From contig BTWA01000025.1 of assembly GCA_045863295.1 (NCBI GenBank), forward strand, positions 29,230-93,229: a stretch of DNA of 64,000 nucleotides, written 5' to 3'. Numbering within the stretch: the stretch's first letter is position 1; every line of letters starts with the position of its first letter. The translations under genes were made by a program, and so were the position numbers. Below are positions 29,563 through 41,200 of the stretch, piece after piece. The notes under the pieces were generated by a model, which saw only the letters and a program-made list of their open reading frames with translations, had not been told where the DNA came from and searched no databases. Source of the stretch: Candidatus Hydrogenedentota bacterium. Its GTDB lineage: Bacteria > Hydrogenedentota > Hydrogenedentia > Hydrogenedentales > SLHB01.

Positions 29563-31170
29563 ATGCTGGGCGAATTTCGGGCATTGGACGTTGTTATACT
29601 TGTGGGGTACTTCGGCATTCAATTGGCCATGGGGCCATATTTTGCGCGGCGTCAAAAGAGCACGGAAAGTTATTTTGTAGGTAACCGTTCTTACCCCGCT
29701 TGGTTGCTTGGCATTTCCATGTTCGGGACATCAATCAGTTCGATCACATTCGTTGCCTTGCCCGCGGATTCGTACAAGCGAGCCTGGCTCCTTTTTTTGA
29801 TTTATCCCACCTTGCCGATCGCCATGCTAATCGCCTCCAAATGGGTGCTGCCTTTTTTTCGCCGTACACACACGACTTCCGCATTCGAGTATCTGGAGGG
29901 CCGATTCGGTCCAGGAACACGGGTTTATGCGGCATTGATGTTCAATGTGAGCCAATGCATTCGCTTGAGTCTGGTCTTGTATCTGGTATCCGCGCTCATT
30001 CACGCTCTCACCGGGTGGAACACGACCGCGTGTATTGTGGTCGGAGGCAGTGTCACCGCATTTTATACGGTGTTGGGGGGAATTGAGGCCGTCATCTGGA
30101 CGGATTTCGTCCAATCGATTGTACTCAGCTTAGGTGGTTTACTCATATTGGCAACGGTCGTCTGGAATCTTCCCGAAGGATTCTCAACCCTTTTCTCGGT
30201 GGCGGCAGAACACAATAAATTTGTGCTTGGTGTAACAGACACGGTAACGAACCAACCTGTGGCTTCGCCAATAGCGCCGAGGTCCCTGCACGAGATTTTT
30301 TCCACCAAGACGGTGCTCATGGTGCTCGTGTATGGTTTTTTCAATTGGATGACCGAATATAGCGGTAACCAGAACGTGGTGCAGAAGTGGTGTACAGCCG
30401 AATCCGCTAATGCGGCGCGCCGGGCCATGTGGATTAATTGTCTGTGCAGCCTGCCCACTTGGACCTATTTCTATTTCCTCGGCACTGCCCTATTCGTTTT
30501 CTATCAGGTCTACCCCGATCCGGAAGCCGCCAAGATGTTGACAGGCGAACGAAAAGCGGAAGATATTTTGCCGTATTTCGTGAGTATGCATATGTATCAG
30601 GGCGTGTCGGGACTGGTCATCGCGGGCGTGCTCGCGGCGGCAATGTCAACGCTGTCATCCAGCATTAACGCCATATCCGCTGTAACGGTTACGGACATTT
30701 ACAAACGGCATCTTGCTCCCGAAAAGAGCGAAGGCCATTACATCTTCGCCGCAAAGTCGCTGTCGTTTGTCAGTTCAATCATCATGATTCTGGGCGCATA
30801 CTGGCTGTCTGTCAGCGAGACCAACACGCTTCAGGATTCGGCGACCATTCTGAACTCAATCAGCGCGGGCGGGCTGTTGGGATTGTTTATGCTGGGCTTT
30901 CTCACGATGCGTGGCGATGGCCGCGCGGTCTTCATTGGGATTGTATTCACGGTCTTATTTTCCGGATTCATGTCGCTACACGCGCTGGGCAGACTCCCCG
31001 AAGCATGGTCCCTTGCGATCAAGAGTAATTTCGATACGTATTACACGACCATCATTGGCAATTGCGTCATGTTTACCACAGGGTACTTGATTGGCATGTT
31101 GCTGCCTACACGGCGAAACCTGGCCAATCTCACCATCTGGACTCAAGACGAGGAGATGCGTGCGCTGTAG
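29563..31170 (+). CDS. Sodium:solute symporter (SSS; sugar/sialic-acid-type)
   Basis: YFVGNR, SAFEYLEGRFG, GGIEAVIWTDFVQ, NQNVVQ and AAAMSTLSSSIN motifs. Confidence 0.9.
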   Translation: MLGEFRALDVVILVGYFGIQLAMGPYFARRQKSTESYFVGNRSYPAWLLGISMFGTSISSITFVALPADSYKRAWLLFLIYPTLPIAMLIASKWVLPFFRRTHTTSAFEYLEGRFGPGTRVYAALMFNVSQCIRLSLVLYLVSALIHALTGWNTTACIVVGGSVTAFYTVLGGIEAVIWTDFVQSIVLSLGGLLILATVVWNLPEGFSTLFSVAAEHNKFVLGVTDTVTNQPVASPIAPRSLHEIFSTKTVLMVLVYGFFNWMTEYSGNQNVVQKWCTAESANAARRAMWINCLCSLPTWTYFYFLGTALFVFYQVYPDPEAAKMLTGERKAEDILPYFVSMHMYQGVSGLVIAGVLAAAMSTLSSSINAISAVTVTDIYKRHLAPEKSEGHYIFAAKSLSFVSSIIMILGAYWLSVSETNTLQDSATILNSISAGGLLGLFMLGFLTMRGDGRAVFIGIVFTVLFSGFMSLHALGRLPEAWSLAIKSNFDTYYTTIIGNCVMFTTGYLIGMLLPTRRNLANLTIWTQDEEMRAL

Positions 31171-31400
31171 ACGGACAATTCGCGAATCGCCGCCATGCTG
31201 AACAATCTAATGATGCATGGTTCGTATAGTGGCGGAACCGGTGGCGGAATTGGAAGCCAGAATCCAGAGTGGTACGTGATTCACCCCCCCAAGCAAAGTT
31301 TGCTTTGCGTATCCGCGTTAACCTCTACGCAATGATTACCGTGCATACTCGAAATAGGTGTATTCTCGACTTGTATCGATAGCAACTTGGGGGTACAGGC

Positions 31401-33851
31401 ATGCGATACAAAACGCTTCTACTCGGTCTAATGGTGTCTTCAGGGGCGGTTTTAGCGGATATCAAGGCGCTTCCTGGTCCATTCGAAGATGGATACCTTC
31501 TTCCCAATGGCTGGCGAATATCGCCGTCAGGGACGTTGCTCGAAACACAAGACCTGCTTCTATCCATCGTGCCGACCCCGGATGGCACCGCATTGATTGG
31601 ACTGCACGGCGGATTTAATGCCCACGGGCTGGTCGTGGTGGATGCCCAATCGGATACCGTTACCCAGCGAATTCCACTTCCGACGGCGTGGCTTGGTCTT
31701 GCGTGGAGCCCCGACGGCAACCGGTTGTTTGTTTCAGGCGGCAGCAACAAGACCGACGAAGGCGTCGCAGCGTCTATTTATGTTCTCGAGTATACAAACG
31801 GCCGGCTGGGCGAGAAACCGGTTGCCCAATGGAACGATACACTGGAGTCCGAGCGTACGTACTGGTCGGGTTTGGCACATCATCCATCGCAGCCTCGGCT
31901 CTTTGCAGGAAACCGTGTCACGAATGAAGTAGTCGTTTTGGACTCCAACTCGGGGCAGGTGACGGGGCGTGTGAAAGTGGAGCAAAACCCCTATGACTTG
32001 GCCGTATCGCCGGATGGCCGTCGCCTGTTTTGCTCCAATTGGGCCAGCGCGAGCGTGAGCGTCATCAATACGGAAAGCCTGACCGTCGAACGCACGCTTC
32101 GCGTGGGCAACAATCCGAATGACCTCCTATTGGACGGACGCGGGCGATTGTTTGTCTCCTGCGGGAACGATAATACGGTCTGGGTCATTGATTCAGAATC
32201 GTTCAAGGCCATTGAAACAATATTCACCTCCATGCATGAACGCGCCCCGGAAGGATCCACCCCGAACGCGATGGCTGTGAATCCGGACAGTACAACGCTG
32301 TTTGTTGCGAATGCGGACAACTATAACGTGTGCGTCGTGGATGTATCGGAGACGGAGGAAAGCAACGTGCTTGGTTTCATTCCGTCTGGATGGTATCCCT
32401 CGGCGATTGCCCTTAGCGCTGACGGAATGAAACTGTTAATCGGCAACGGAAAGGGGACGGAATCGTACTCCAATATTCGTGGTCCGTTGAGCCCCTTGCC
32501 TCCGGGCGAAGAAGGTGCGGGAAACGTCAAAAGCCTTCAAAAGGGAGCAATCCAGATTATTAGCGTCGCCGAATTCAAGGACAAGTTGCCGGAATTGACG
32601 CGTCAAGCCTATCGCAATTGTCCATACAACGACGAGTTGTTGGTTCGGGCAAAACCTTCGGCCACGCCGACGGTTGTTCCGAGCGATGTGGGAGTGGCGT
32701 CGCCCATCAAGCACGTGCTCTACATCATCAAGGAAAACAGAACCTATGATCAGGTCTTTGGCGACTTGCCGCAGGGCAATGGCGATCCCCGTCTCGCCAT
32801 TTTTGGACGCGAAATAACCCCGAATCATCATGCCATCGCTGAGCAATTCGTTCTGCTCGACAACCTGTACTGCGACGCGGAAGTAAGTTGGGATGGTCAT
32901 CAATGGTCCAACGCGGCCTATGCCACGGACTATGTCGAAAAGACGTGGCCGGCCTCATACGGCGGGAAGAGCCACGCGCCGCTTTCTACCGCGATGTTCC
33001 CGTCGGCCGGGTATATCTGGGATCAATGCGCCAAGAAGGGATTAACGTACCGTTCGTACGGTGAGTTTGCGGAACAAGTAAGCGATGGGACACAAATGGC
33101 CGCGCGCGTGGCCGGTTTGATGGGGCATGTCGCACCAAACTATGGATCGTGGGATGCGCGCGACACAGACAATGCCAAGGAGTTCATCCGCGAGTTTGAT
33201 GAATACGAAAAGAACTACAGTGACTCAGATCCCGACAAACGGCTTCCGAACTTTATGGTGATGAGTCTGCCGGAGGATCATACTCGTGGCACGCGTCCCG
33301 GGGAGCCGACTCCCCGTGCGTCGGTGGCAAGCAATGACTTGGCACTGGGTCAGATCATTGATCGTGTAAGCCATAGCAAGTATTGGAACGAAATGGCCGT
33401 GTTCGTCATCGAGGACGATGCGCAGAATGGTCCCGATCATGTGGATGCGAGGCGGACCGTCGGTCTGGTCGTGAGCCCATACTGCCATCGCGGAATTGTC
33501 GACAGCACTTTTTACACGACTTCGTCAATGCTCAGAACGATCGAACTACTGCTGGGGCTGCAGCCTATGAGTCAATACGACGCGGCGGCAAACCCCATGT
33601 ATGCTTCCTTGAGTGACAAGCTGGATCCCGAGCCTTATACGCATCTTCCCTCGAACATAGATCTGAACGAAATCAACCAGGCGACGGCGTGGGGCGCGGA
33701 TGAGTCGATGAAGATGGACTTCAGCGACTACGATCGTACGCCTATGCTGGCCTTAAACGAAATCGTTTGGAAAAGCGTTCGTGGGGCGGATTCGGATATG
33801 CCGCTGCCCGTCAGTCGTTTCCACGAGGCAAGTGTTCGATTGACTGATTGA
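31401..33851 (+). CDS. YVTN/YncE beta-propeller + phosphoesterase (alkaline phosphatase-like) protein
   Basis: Signal peptide, repeated 'P.DL.VSPDG.RLF.SN....VSVI' blades, IKHVLYIIKENRTYD and EDDAQNGPDHVD motifs. Confidence 0.88.
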   Translation: MRYKTLLLGLMVSSGAVLADIKALPGPFEDGYLLPNGWRISPSGTLLETQDLLLSIVPTPDGTALIGLHGGFNAHGLVVVDAQSDTVTQRIPLPTAWLGLAWSPDGNRLFVSGGSNKTDEGVAASIYVLEYTNGRLGEKPVAQWNDTLESERTYWSGLAHHPSQPRLFAGNRVTNEVVVLDSNSGQVTGRVKVEQNPYDLAVSPDGRRLFCSNWASASVSVINTESLTVERTLRVGNNPNDLLLDGRGRLFVSCGNDNTVWVIDSESFKAIETIFTSMHERAPEGSTPNAMAVNPDSTTLFVANADNYNVCVVDVSETEESNVLGFIPSGWYPSAIALSADGMKLLIGNGKGTESYSNIRGPLSPLPPGEEGAGNVKSLQKGAIQIISVAEFKDKLPELTRQAYRNCPYNDELLVRAKPSATPTVVPSDVGVASPIKHVLYIIKENRTYDQVFGDLPQGNGDPRLAIFGREITPNHHAIAEQFVLLDNLYCDAEVSWDGHQWSNAAYATDYVEKTWPASYGGKSHAPLSTAMFPSAGYIWDQCAKKGLTYRSYGEFAEQVSDGTQMAARVAGLMGHVAPNYGSWDARDTDNAKEFIREFDEYEKNYSDSDPDKRLPNFMVMSLPEDHTRGTRPGEPTPRASVASNDLALGQIIDRVSHSKYWNEMAVFVIEDDAQNGPDHVDARRTVGLVVSPYCHRGIVDSTFYTTSSMLRTIELLLGLQPMSQYDAAANPMYASLSDKLDPEPYTHLPSNIDLNEINQATAWGADESMKMDFSDYDRTPMLALNEIVWKSVRGADSDMPLPVSRFHEASVRLTD

Positions 33852-33947
33852 TACATTGCGTCGGCGTGGTGTCATGGGACTTGACCCTCGATTCGCAGGG
33901 TGATACCTTCTTGCCCAACTGGTGCAAAACAGATGGGAGAACTCACT

Positions 33948-34364
33948 ATGGCTTTGAATTGTCTGGACATCGATCTGGTAACTGCGCGCAAGATTGTGGA
34001 CGCCGCACGAGCAAAGGCCGAGGAACTTGGTTGCAAAATGAACATTGCGGTTGTGGACGCGGGCGCCAACCTGAAGGCGTTTGCACGGATGGACGGCGCA
34101 TGGCTTGGCAGTATCGATATTTCCATTAAGAAGGCGAAGACTGCGCGGTATTTCGATTTCGATACCGGCGTCATTGGCAGCCTCAGCCAGCCGGGCGGAT
34201 CGCTATACCAGATAGAAGTCTCGAACGGCGGTTTGATTACGTTTCCGGGCGGTGTGCCAATCAAGACTGCAGCTGGTACGGTAATCGGCGGAGTCGGCGT
34301 CTCGGGGAGCACGGTCGAAAACGATCATGCGTGCGCGCAAGCCGGCGCCAAGGCCGCGCTGTAA
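33948..34364 (+). CDS. GlcG/HbpS family heme-binding protein
   Basis: IAVVDAG, RMDGA, KAKTA, GGVPI and GGVGVSG....D motifs. Confidence 0.9.
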   Translation: MALNCLDIDLVTARKIVDAARAKAEELGCKMNIAVVDAGANLKAFARMDGAWLGSIDISIKKAKTARYFDFDTGVIGSLSQPGGSLYQIEVSNGGLITFPGGVPIKTAAGTVIGGVGVSGSTVENDHACAQAGAKAAL

Positions 34365-34448
34365 TCTCCCGATCGAATGCGCGTTACCCGGCGATGCCCC
34401 CCAACCGGGCAGGGATTCTTCTCTCACGAAGGAACGGAGGTATCGCTT

Positions 34449-35462
34449 ATGTCTCACAAAATCTGCCTTATCCCCGGCGACGGCATCGGCCCAGAAGTGG
34501 CCGAAGCCGCTCGCCGGGTCATTGACGCATCCGGTGTCGCAATAGAGTGGATCGAACTGCCGGCAGGTGCTGCGGCCGTGGATACCCATGGCAGCGTGTT
34601 GCCGGATGTCACACTCGAAGCCATTGAACTCCACAAGGTAGCGTTGAAGGGGCCGGTAACCACCCCGATTGGCAAGGGCTTCACCAGTGTAAATGTCGGT
34701 CTGCGCAAACGGATGAACCTGTACGCCGCTGTTCGTCCGGTGCGTAACCTTTCCGGTATAAAGACCAGGTATGACCATGTCGATTTGGTGGTGGTGCGCG
34801 AAAACACCGAGGGGTTGTACTCGGGTATTGAAAACGAAATTAGCGAAGGCGTTGTGACGAGCATCAAGGTTGCCACACGCAAAGGATGCGAGCGCATCGC
34901 GCGGTTCGCGTTTGACTATGCCCGTTCTCGCGGGCGGAAAAAAGTCACTGTGTTTCACAAGGCCAACATCATGAAGATGTCAGACGGCCTCTTTCTGGAT
35001 TGCTCGCGCTCCGTGCACCAGTCAGGATTTCACGATATCGCGTACGAAGAACTCATTATCGACAACGGCTGTATGCAGTTGGTGCGTGATCCGGCGCGAT
35101 TTGACGTGGTCTTGATGGAAAATTTGTACGGAGACATCGTCAGCGACCTTTGTGCGGGGCTGGTTGGCGGTCTCGGCGTCGTGCCCGGGGCAAATATTGG
35201 CGAGAAAGCGGCGGTGTTCGAGGCCGTGCACGGCAGTGCGCCGGACATCGCCGGAAAGGACTTGGCCAATCCGCTGGCCTTGATCATGAGCGGCGTCATG
35301 ATGCTGAACCACATAGGGGAGACGGCTGCGGCCACCCGCATTCGAGAGGCGTACGATACCGTTCTCCAGTCCGGCGTAAGCAGCAGCCTGACGAGAGATA
35401 TCGGAGGATCCGGCGGTACCCGCGCCTTCGCGGATGCGATTATTGAGCGCATAAGGAACTAA
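34449..35462 (+). CDS. Isocitrate/isopropylmalate dehydrogenase family (NAD-dependent IDH-like)
   Basis: IPGDGIGPEV, S.N..LR, RENTEG.Y, HKANIMK, NLYGDIVSD and EAVHGSAPDIAG motifs. Confidence 0.9.
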   Translation: MSHKICLIPGDGIGPEVAEAARRVIDASGVAIEWIELPAGAAAVDTHGSVLPDVTLEAIELHKVALKGPVTTPIGKGFTSVNVGLRKRMNLYAAVRPVRNLSGIKTRYDHVDLVVVRENTEGLYSGIENEISEGVVTSIKVATRKGCERIARFAFDYARSRGRKKVTVFHKANIMKMSDGLFLDCSRSVHQSGFHDIAYEELIIDNGCMQLVRDPARFDVVLMENLYGDIVSDLCAGLVGGLGVVPGANIGEKAAVFEAVHGSAPDIAGKDLANPLALIMSGVMMLNHIGETAAATRIREAYDTVLQSGVSSSLTRDIGGSGGTRAFADAIIERIRN

Positions 35463-35468
35463 TTCACT

Positions 35469-36305
35469 TTGGGTAGACGATTTCATGGTCAATCCGTCTT
35501 CATAACGGGAGCCTCTTCCGGTATTGGCGCCGCGCTAGCAGTCGCTTTTGCGCGCGAAGGAGCCAAGGTCGCCTTGGCGGCGCGCCGCCTGGATAAGCTG
35601 GATGAAGTGTGCCGGTTGGTCGAAAAAGAGTATGGAACCGCCATTAAGTTGAAGTGTGATGTCACCGATCCGGCTGCGCTCCATGAAGCTGTAGACAAGG
35701 CTGTACAAGCCTTCGGGGGTATCGATGTTGCCGTGGCAAACGCAGGCTTTGGCGTGAATGGCGCGTTTCAAAAGCTTAACACCGATGATTTTCGAAGGCA
35801 GTTCGAAACGAATGTATTCGGCGTGATAAACACGATATATGCAGTATTACCCTACCTAGTGCAATCAAAAGGCAGGCTTGGTCTCGTGTCCAGTGTCATG
35901 GGGCGTGTCGGAATGCCTGCAAGCGCCGCGTATTGTGCCAGCAAATTTGCCGTGTGCGGACTGTCCGAGTCGCTGTATTACGAACTCGCGGCAAAGGGTG
36001 TATCCGTTACGTGTATCGAACCGGGGTTGGTCGAGAGTGATATTCGCCGAACCGACAACATCGGCAACCTGCACGCGGACCGGCCTGACCCCGCACCTCA
36101 ATGGCTTGTCATGCCCTCGGACAAAGCGGCCCGCAAAATGGTGCATGCGCTTTATCGGCGAAAACCTGAAGCGGTCATCACGAATCATGGGAAGACCCTT
36201 GTCTTCTTGAATCGCCATTTTCCCGGGACGATGCGCTTTATCCTCCGCCGATTCGCCGGTGACACCGACTCCGTGGAACGCGCAAAGCGCGGGCACGTCG
36301 AGTGA
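35469..36305 (+). CDS. Short-chain dehydrogenase/reductase (SDR)
   Basis: TGASSGIG, NAG and YCASK motifs. Confidence 0.92.
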   Translation: MGRRFHGQSVFITGASSGIGAALAVAFAREGAKVALAARRLDKLDEVCRLVEKEYGTAIKLKCDVTDPAALHEAVDKAVQAFGGIDVAVANAGFGVNGAFQKLNTDDFRRQFETNVFGVINTIYAVLPYLVQSKGRLGLVSSVMGRVGMPASAAYCASKFAVCGLSESLYYELAAKGVSVTCIEPGLVESDIRRTDNIGNLHADRPDPAPQWLVMPSDKAARKMVHALYRRKPEAVITNHGKTLVFLNRHFPGTMRFILRRFAGDTDSVERAKRGHVE

Positions 36306-36343
36306 TCTCCTTCTAACCCCAGATATCCTGTAGATATCGCCCG

Positions 36344-36386
36344 TTGACTTCCCACTGTAGAAATGTTAATATACCGTCTGGACGGT
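36344..36386 (+). promoter_or_regulatory. Sigma70 promoter with overlapping palindromic TetR-type operator
   Basis: TTGACT(36344)-N17-TAATAT(36367, extended TG), immediately followed by ACCGTC-TG-GACGGT (36373-36386). Confidence 0.75.
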
Positions 36387-36402
36387 TTAGTTCGGGGGAG
36401 CT

Positions 36403-37002
36403 ATGAGTCCAGTCAGCATTACACGGGAACGTATACTCGACGCGGCCGAGATGATTGTTCAGGAAGCAGGGGCCGCACGGCTCACACTTGACGCCGTGGC
36501 CCGCCGCGCTCACCTGAGCAAGGGCGGACTCCTTTATCATTTTGCCTCCAAGGATGCCTTGCTTGAGGGCATGATCGAGCGATTGGTCCGCCATTTTGAG
36601 ACTGCACGACAGGGGGAAAATGCGGAGTACACCGATGGCCCGTTGGGGGAACTGCAGTCCCGCCTTAAAGTCTGGTTGCGTCGTGATCCGCGCGTTGAGC
36701 GTATCAGCACTGCACTGATCGCCGGCTCGTTTCACAATCCTCGACTGGTTTCGTCTGCGCGCGAAGCTTTACGCAACATGATTACTTCAACCTCCGCCAC
36801 AGGACTAAGCCTTGAATTCTCCATGATTGTGTGTCTTGCCGTTGAAGGCTTATGGATCATGGATGCGCTGGGGGTATCCCCATACGACGACGCAAGTCGC
36901 CTCGCAATTCGTGACGAATTGTTGAGGCTGGCTCAACATGCGTTCGATAGCTCCGGAACTTCACCATCGGCCGCGCTTGCGCAACAGGTGGACTGCAGCT
37001 GA
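36403..37002 (+). CDS. TetR/AcrR family transcriptional regulator
   Basis: ILDAA...LTLDAVA..A.LSKGGLLYHF.SK helix-turn-helix. Confidence 0.93.
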   Translation: MSPVSITRERILDAAEMIVQEAGAARLTLDAVARRAHLSKGGLLYHFASKDALLEGMIERLVRHFETARQGENAEYTDGPLGELQSRLKVWLRRDPRVERISTALIAGSFHNPRLVSSAREALRNMITSTSATGLSLEFSMIVCLAVEGLWIMDALGVSPYDDASRLAIRDELLRLAQHAFDSSGTSPSAALAQQVDCS

Positions 37003-37087
37003 AACGATTCTGGCCGTGCAAAATGGGCAGCGCGGATCTGGACCGTATTCGTGACGTAACCAGTGCCCAGCGAGAATCCACGAAGCA

Positions 37088-38299
37088 ATGTACATGAAAA
37101 CGATGAAGCGATTGGCGGTGGTCATTTTCGTAGTCTCCGTAGCAGCCGCGGGTATCGCATACTTTCGGATTTCCAGCATGGCGGCCACCGAAGACAACGT
37201 CGAGTCGGACACGCTCGCCGTTCCGGTGGTGTTGGGCAAAGTCGAAAGACGTCTGTTCGAAGAGGCCGTTCAAGTGCCAGGGACGCTGCTGGCAAAGAAT
37301 TTTGCGCTGGTTTCCCCACGTGTTCCCGGAACAATAGAGCTGATTTTGGTGGATGAAGGCGACACGGTTATCGCGGGCGAAACCGAACTTTTTCAGATCG
37401 ACAGTCACAATCTGCAGAAGGCGGTGGAGATCGCGCGCCAGAACCTGAAGGTAGCGCAATGCAGTCTGGAGGAGAGCCATGCAAACATCGAACGGACTCG
37501 TTCCGACTTGAATCTTGCGGAGGTGGATCTGGCTCGCTACAAAACCCTTCGAGAACAAGAAGTAGTTACTCCAGAGACGTTGGATATCAAGCAGACCAAT
37601 TATGACAAGCTGCTCGCAACACTACGCTATGACGAAAGCTTGATTCGCTTGACGCAGGAAGAACTACGAAAGGCAGAAATTGCTCTGGACATTGCCGAAA
37701 AAGATATGCGCGACTCTCTGGTGGTAGCGCCGTTGTCCGGCAAGGTCTGCAACCGGATGGCCGAGCCCGGCGAGATGGGTTCGCCAGGTGTTCCCATTTT
37801 GAGAATCGTGGATACAGCGTCGCTCGAGGCGTCGTTGTTTGTTCCTGCACAGTATTATGCTCGCATCGCCATCGGGATGGCGGTCGTTCGGGTTCGAGTC
37901 GGATCAGTGGATGCCGGTTCGTATTCCGTTGTCTACAAGAGCCCCACCATAGACCCCACGTTGCGAACGTTTGAAGTTAAATGCGATCTTCCAGGTGACG
38001 ACACGTCTATCGTGCCTGGGGGCTTGGCAGAATGCACAGTACTGCTGGATCGCCGCGAAGGTTTGGGCGTTCCAACCGAATCGATCGTGCAGCGAACCGG
38101 GCAGGCGGTTGTTTTTACAATTGATAACGGCTGCGCGAAGATTTTGCCGGTCAACACCGGTCTCGCCACCGCTGGATGGACTGAACTCACCGGAGATAGG
38201 CCAAAGGAAGGCGCTGCCGTTGTGGTAAAGGGTCAATTCCTGCTGAATGACGGCAGCCCTGTTCGCCCCCAGGAGGAGAGTACCCGTGTTTCTGGCTAA
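37088..38299 (+). CDS. RND efflux periplasmic adaptor (MFP)
   Basis: N-terminal TM, lipoyl halves (G.IELILVDEGD / APLSGKV), coiled coil, P.IDPTLRTF. Confidence 0.9.
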   Translation: MYMKTMKRLAVVIFVVSVAAAGIAYFRISSMAATEDNVESDTLAVPVVLGKVERRLFEEAVQVPGTLLAKNFALVSPRVPGTIELILVDEGDTVIAGETELFQIDSHNLQKAVEIARQNLKVAQCSLEESHANIERTRSDLNLAEVDLARYKTLREQEVVTPETLDIKQTNYDKLLATLRYDESLIRLTQEELRKAEIALDIAEKDMRDSLVVAPLSGKVCNRMAEPGEMGSPGVPILRIVDTASLEASLFVPAQYYARIAIGMAVVRVRVGSVDAGSYSVVYKSPTIDPTLRTFEVKCDLPGDDTSIVPGGLAECTVLLDRREGLGVPTESIVQRTGQAVVFTIDNGCAKILPVNTGLATAGWTELTGDRPKEGAAVVVKGQFLLNDGSPVRPQEESTRVSG

Positions 38300-41200
38300 C
38301 GGTGCCATCCGCCGGCCGGTGGCAATGTGTTGTCTGATCATTGCTCTCTCCATGCTTGGATTTAACGCCTACCGGAAACTCGGGCTTGAATTGATGCCTC
38401 GCATGGAGATTCCCTACATCACCGTTGTTACAGTCTATCCAGGCGCATCGCCGGCCGATATTGAGGTCGACGTGGCCAAGCGTATTGAAGATGCTGTCTC
38501 TTCAGTGGATGGTCTAAAGCATGTGACTTCCGCGTGCATGGAAAATGTAGTTCAGACCGTCCTGGAGTTTCACCTTGGCGTCGATGTGAATGTCGTTGCA
38601 ACGGATGTTCGGGAAAAGATTGACCTGGAATTGGCGAATTTTCCCATTGGCGTGGAAAAGCCGGTGGTTATGAAATTCGACATCAATGAAGAACCTATCG
38701 CGACGCTCGCTTTGACAGGGGATCTCACCATTGACGAGTTGTACGATTACGCAGACAACACGTTGCGAGATCGGATTTCCGTGCTGACGGGCGTTGCCAA
38801 TGTTGAGCTGATCGGGGGCTCCGAACGCGAAGTTCATGTGTTGCTGGATCGGACTACATTATCCGCAGCCGGCCTCAGCACCGCCCAAGTCTCACGCGCG
38901 CTGCAGTCTGGAATCAACACCACGCCTGCGGGGCGTGTGACCGATCAGAAAACCGAGTATTCAGTGCGCTTCGACGCCGAATACGATTCAGTCGATGAAA
39001 TCGGCTCGCTTCAGGTGGCCGGTGCGGACGGTGCAAGACGTTACCTGCGGGATTTGGGGACGGTGGTGCTGGCCTCGGAGGAGCGGCGCGAAGCGGCGTT
39101 CGTGGATGGACGCCCATGCATTGCCATCCGTGTAGTAAAAAAATCCGATGCCAATACGGTGGCGGTAGTTGGCCATGTCCGCGATGCCATGGACACGTTG
39201 CGCACGCAACTGCCGGGGGGCATGGCGTTGGAGTGGGTTTCCGACAACGGAGCTTTTATTCAAGCAACGTTGGACTCCACGGTTTGGAACGTCGTCATAG
39301 GAATACTGCTGACGTCTGCCGTGCTTTTTCTTTTTCTATTCAACGTGCGGACAACTTTTGTCGTGGCTGTCAGCATGCCGCTGACGATAGTGATCAGCCT
39401 GTTCTTTATTCAGATACTTGGTTTCACCTTGAACATGTCAACATTGTTGGCGATTGGATTGTCCATAGGCGTATTGGTGACCAACTCTATCGTAGTGATG
39501 GAGAGCATCATCAGTTGGATGCCCCGCTCACCAAATTCCTGGAGTGCCGCGCGACAAGGCGCCGCGGACGTTGGGGAGGCTGTGCTGGCCAGTGCCGGAA
39601 CGAATATCGTCGTATTGTTCCCCATCGGATTGATGGGCAGTGTAGTAGGACTTTTCTTCAGGCCATTTGCCATTACGGCCCTGATCGTGAACGTCGTGTC
39701 ATTGTTTATTTCCTTCACTTTGACACCCATTCTATGTGCCCTGCTGCTGAAACACTCAGGCCAGAAATCAACTGTCCTTGGCCGCTTCGAAAGTGGCGTG
39801 GACAAACTGATTAACGCATCAGCAGCCGCTTTGGCGCGCATGCTCTGTCCGCTTGCCGGCAAGCGGTGGGCGGCCATTCCAGTCCTTCTTGCCAGTGCCG
39901 CGTTGTTTGTGGGCTCGTTTGCAATCGTTCCTCTGCTTGGTTTCAGTTTCGTACCTGATATGGACGAAGGCGACATTTACGTAAAACTGGAGTATCCAAC
40001 CCGGCTGAATCTTTCGGAGACCGTCGCTCGCGCCCAGAAAGTGGAGAAACAGCTTTCATCGTTACCCAATTTACAGCGCACGGTAACTCTGGTAGGAACG
40101 GCGGGCGGCGGGATCGGCCAGTCCACCGACGGAGTCTATCTGGCGCAACTGCTTTTGAAATTTAGCAAGAAAACTGAACGCAGGGAAACCATTCACGACT
40201 TGGCCAAGACTGTTCGCGATAGACTCAAAAACTATCCAGACTGCATCGTGACCGTGAGTGTAGGTGGGGGGGTAGGCGGACAAGACAGTCCCGTGCAGAT
40301 GGAGATCGCTGGAGATAGCATCAAGGAACTTGAGCGCATTGCATTGGCCTTGCGACAACGCGTCGTTCAAATTCCGGGATTTGTGGATCCGGACACGTCC
40401 GTTCGTGACGGCAAACCCGAGTTGTTGGTAGAGCCTATCCGGCCCATACTGGCGGACATCGGATCCACCCCTGCGGATCTGGCTGCGGTATTGCGCGGAA
40501 ATTTGGAAGGTCTGGAATCGGCAATCTATCGGAGCGGAGATCGCACATACGACATACGGGTAAAACTTGCGGAGACGCCGGGAGTGGACCAGGTTCCCGC
40601 ATTCCAGGTTCCCGTGGGCGGCGACCGAACAGCCGTGTTGTCCGGGTTTGCAGATATTAAGGAGACACTTGCCTCGGTCCAAATTACCCGGAGCGACAAA
40701 CGCAGGGTTACGCATCTCTATTCGAATTTGAGTCCAAGTCTGCCTCTTGGCACGGCCATAGACACTCTTGAGAAAATGGTGAATGGTTCCGCAATCTTGC
40801 CCCCCGGATACCGGTGTGAGTTTCGGGGAGAATACGAGCGTATGGCCGAGAGTGTGGCGGAATTCCTGGAGGCCGGTATCCTGGCTGCACTGCTCACCTA
40901 CCTGATGCTGGCTGCCGTGTTGGAGTCTTTCACTCGTCCGTTCCTGATAATGACCACATTGCCCATGGGGCTTGTCGGCGTGCTGGGGTTTCTGTTCATT
41001 GCCGGCAAGTCCATCGACATATTTGTGCTACTGGGTTGCGTAATGTTGATTGGAATCGTTGTGAACAATGCGGTACTGATTCTCAGTCACATGCACGCCC
41101 TTATTCAAAAGGGAGCGAACCGGCATCAAGCCATATTAGAGGCGTTAAAAGGCGAGTTCAGGCCCGTACTCATGGTGACCCTGGCCGCCGTGCTCGGCAT

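Noticed and set aside
31229..31249. Short direct repeat GTGGCGGAA x2
   Set aside because: Only two 9-bp copies, with no adjacent integrase, tRNA or spacer structure.
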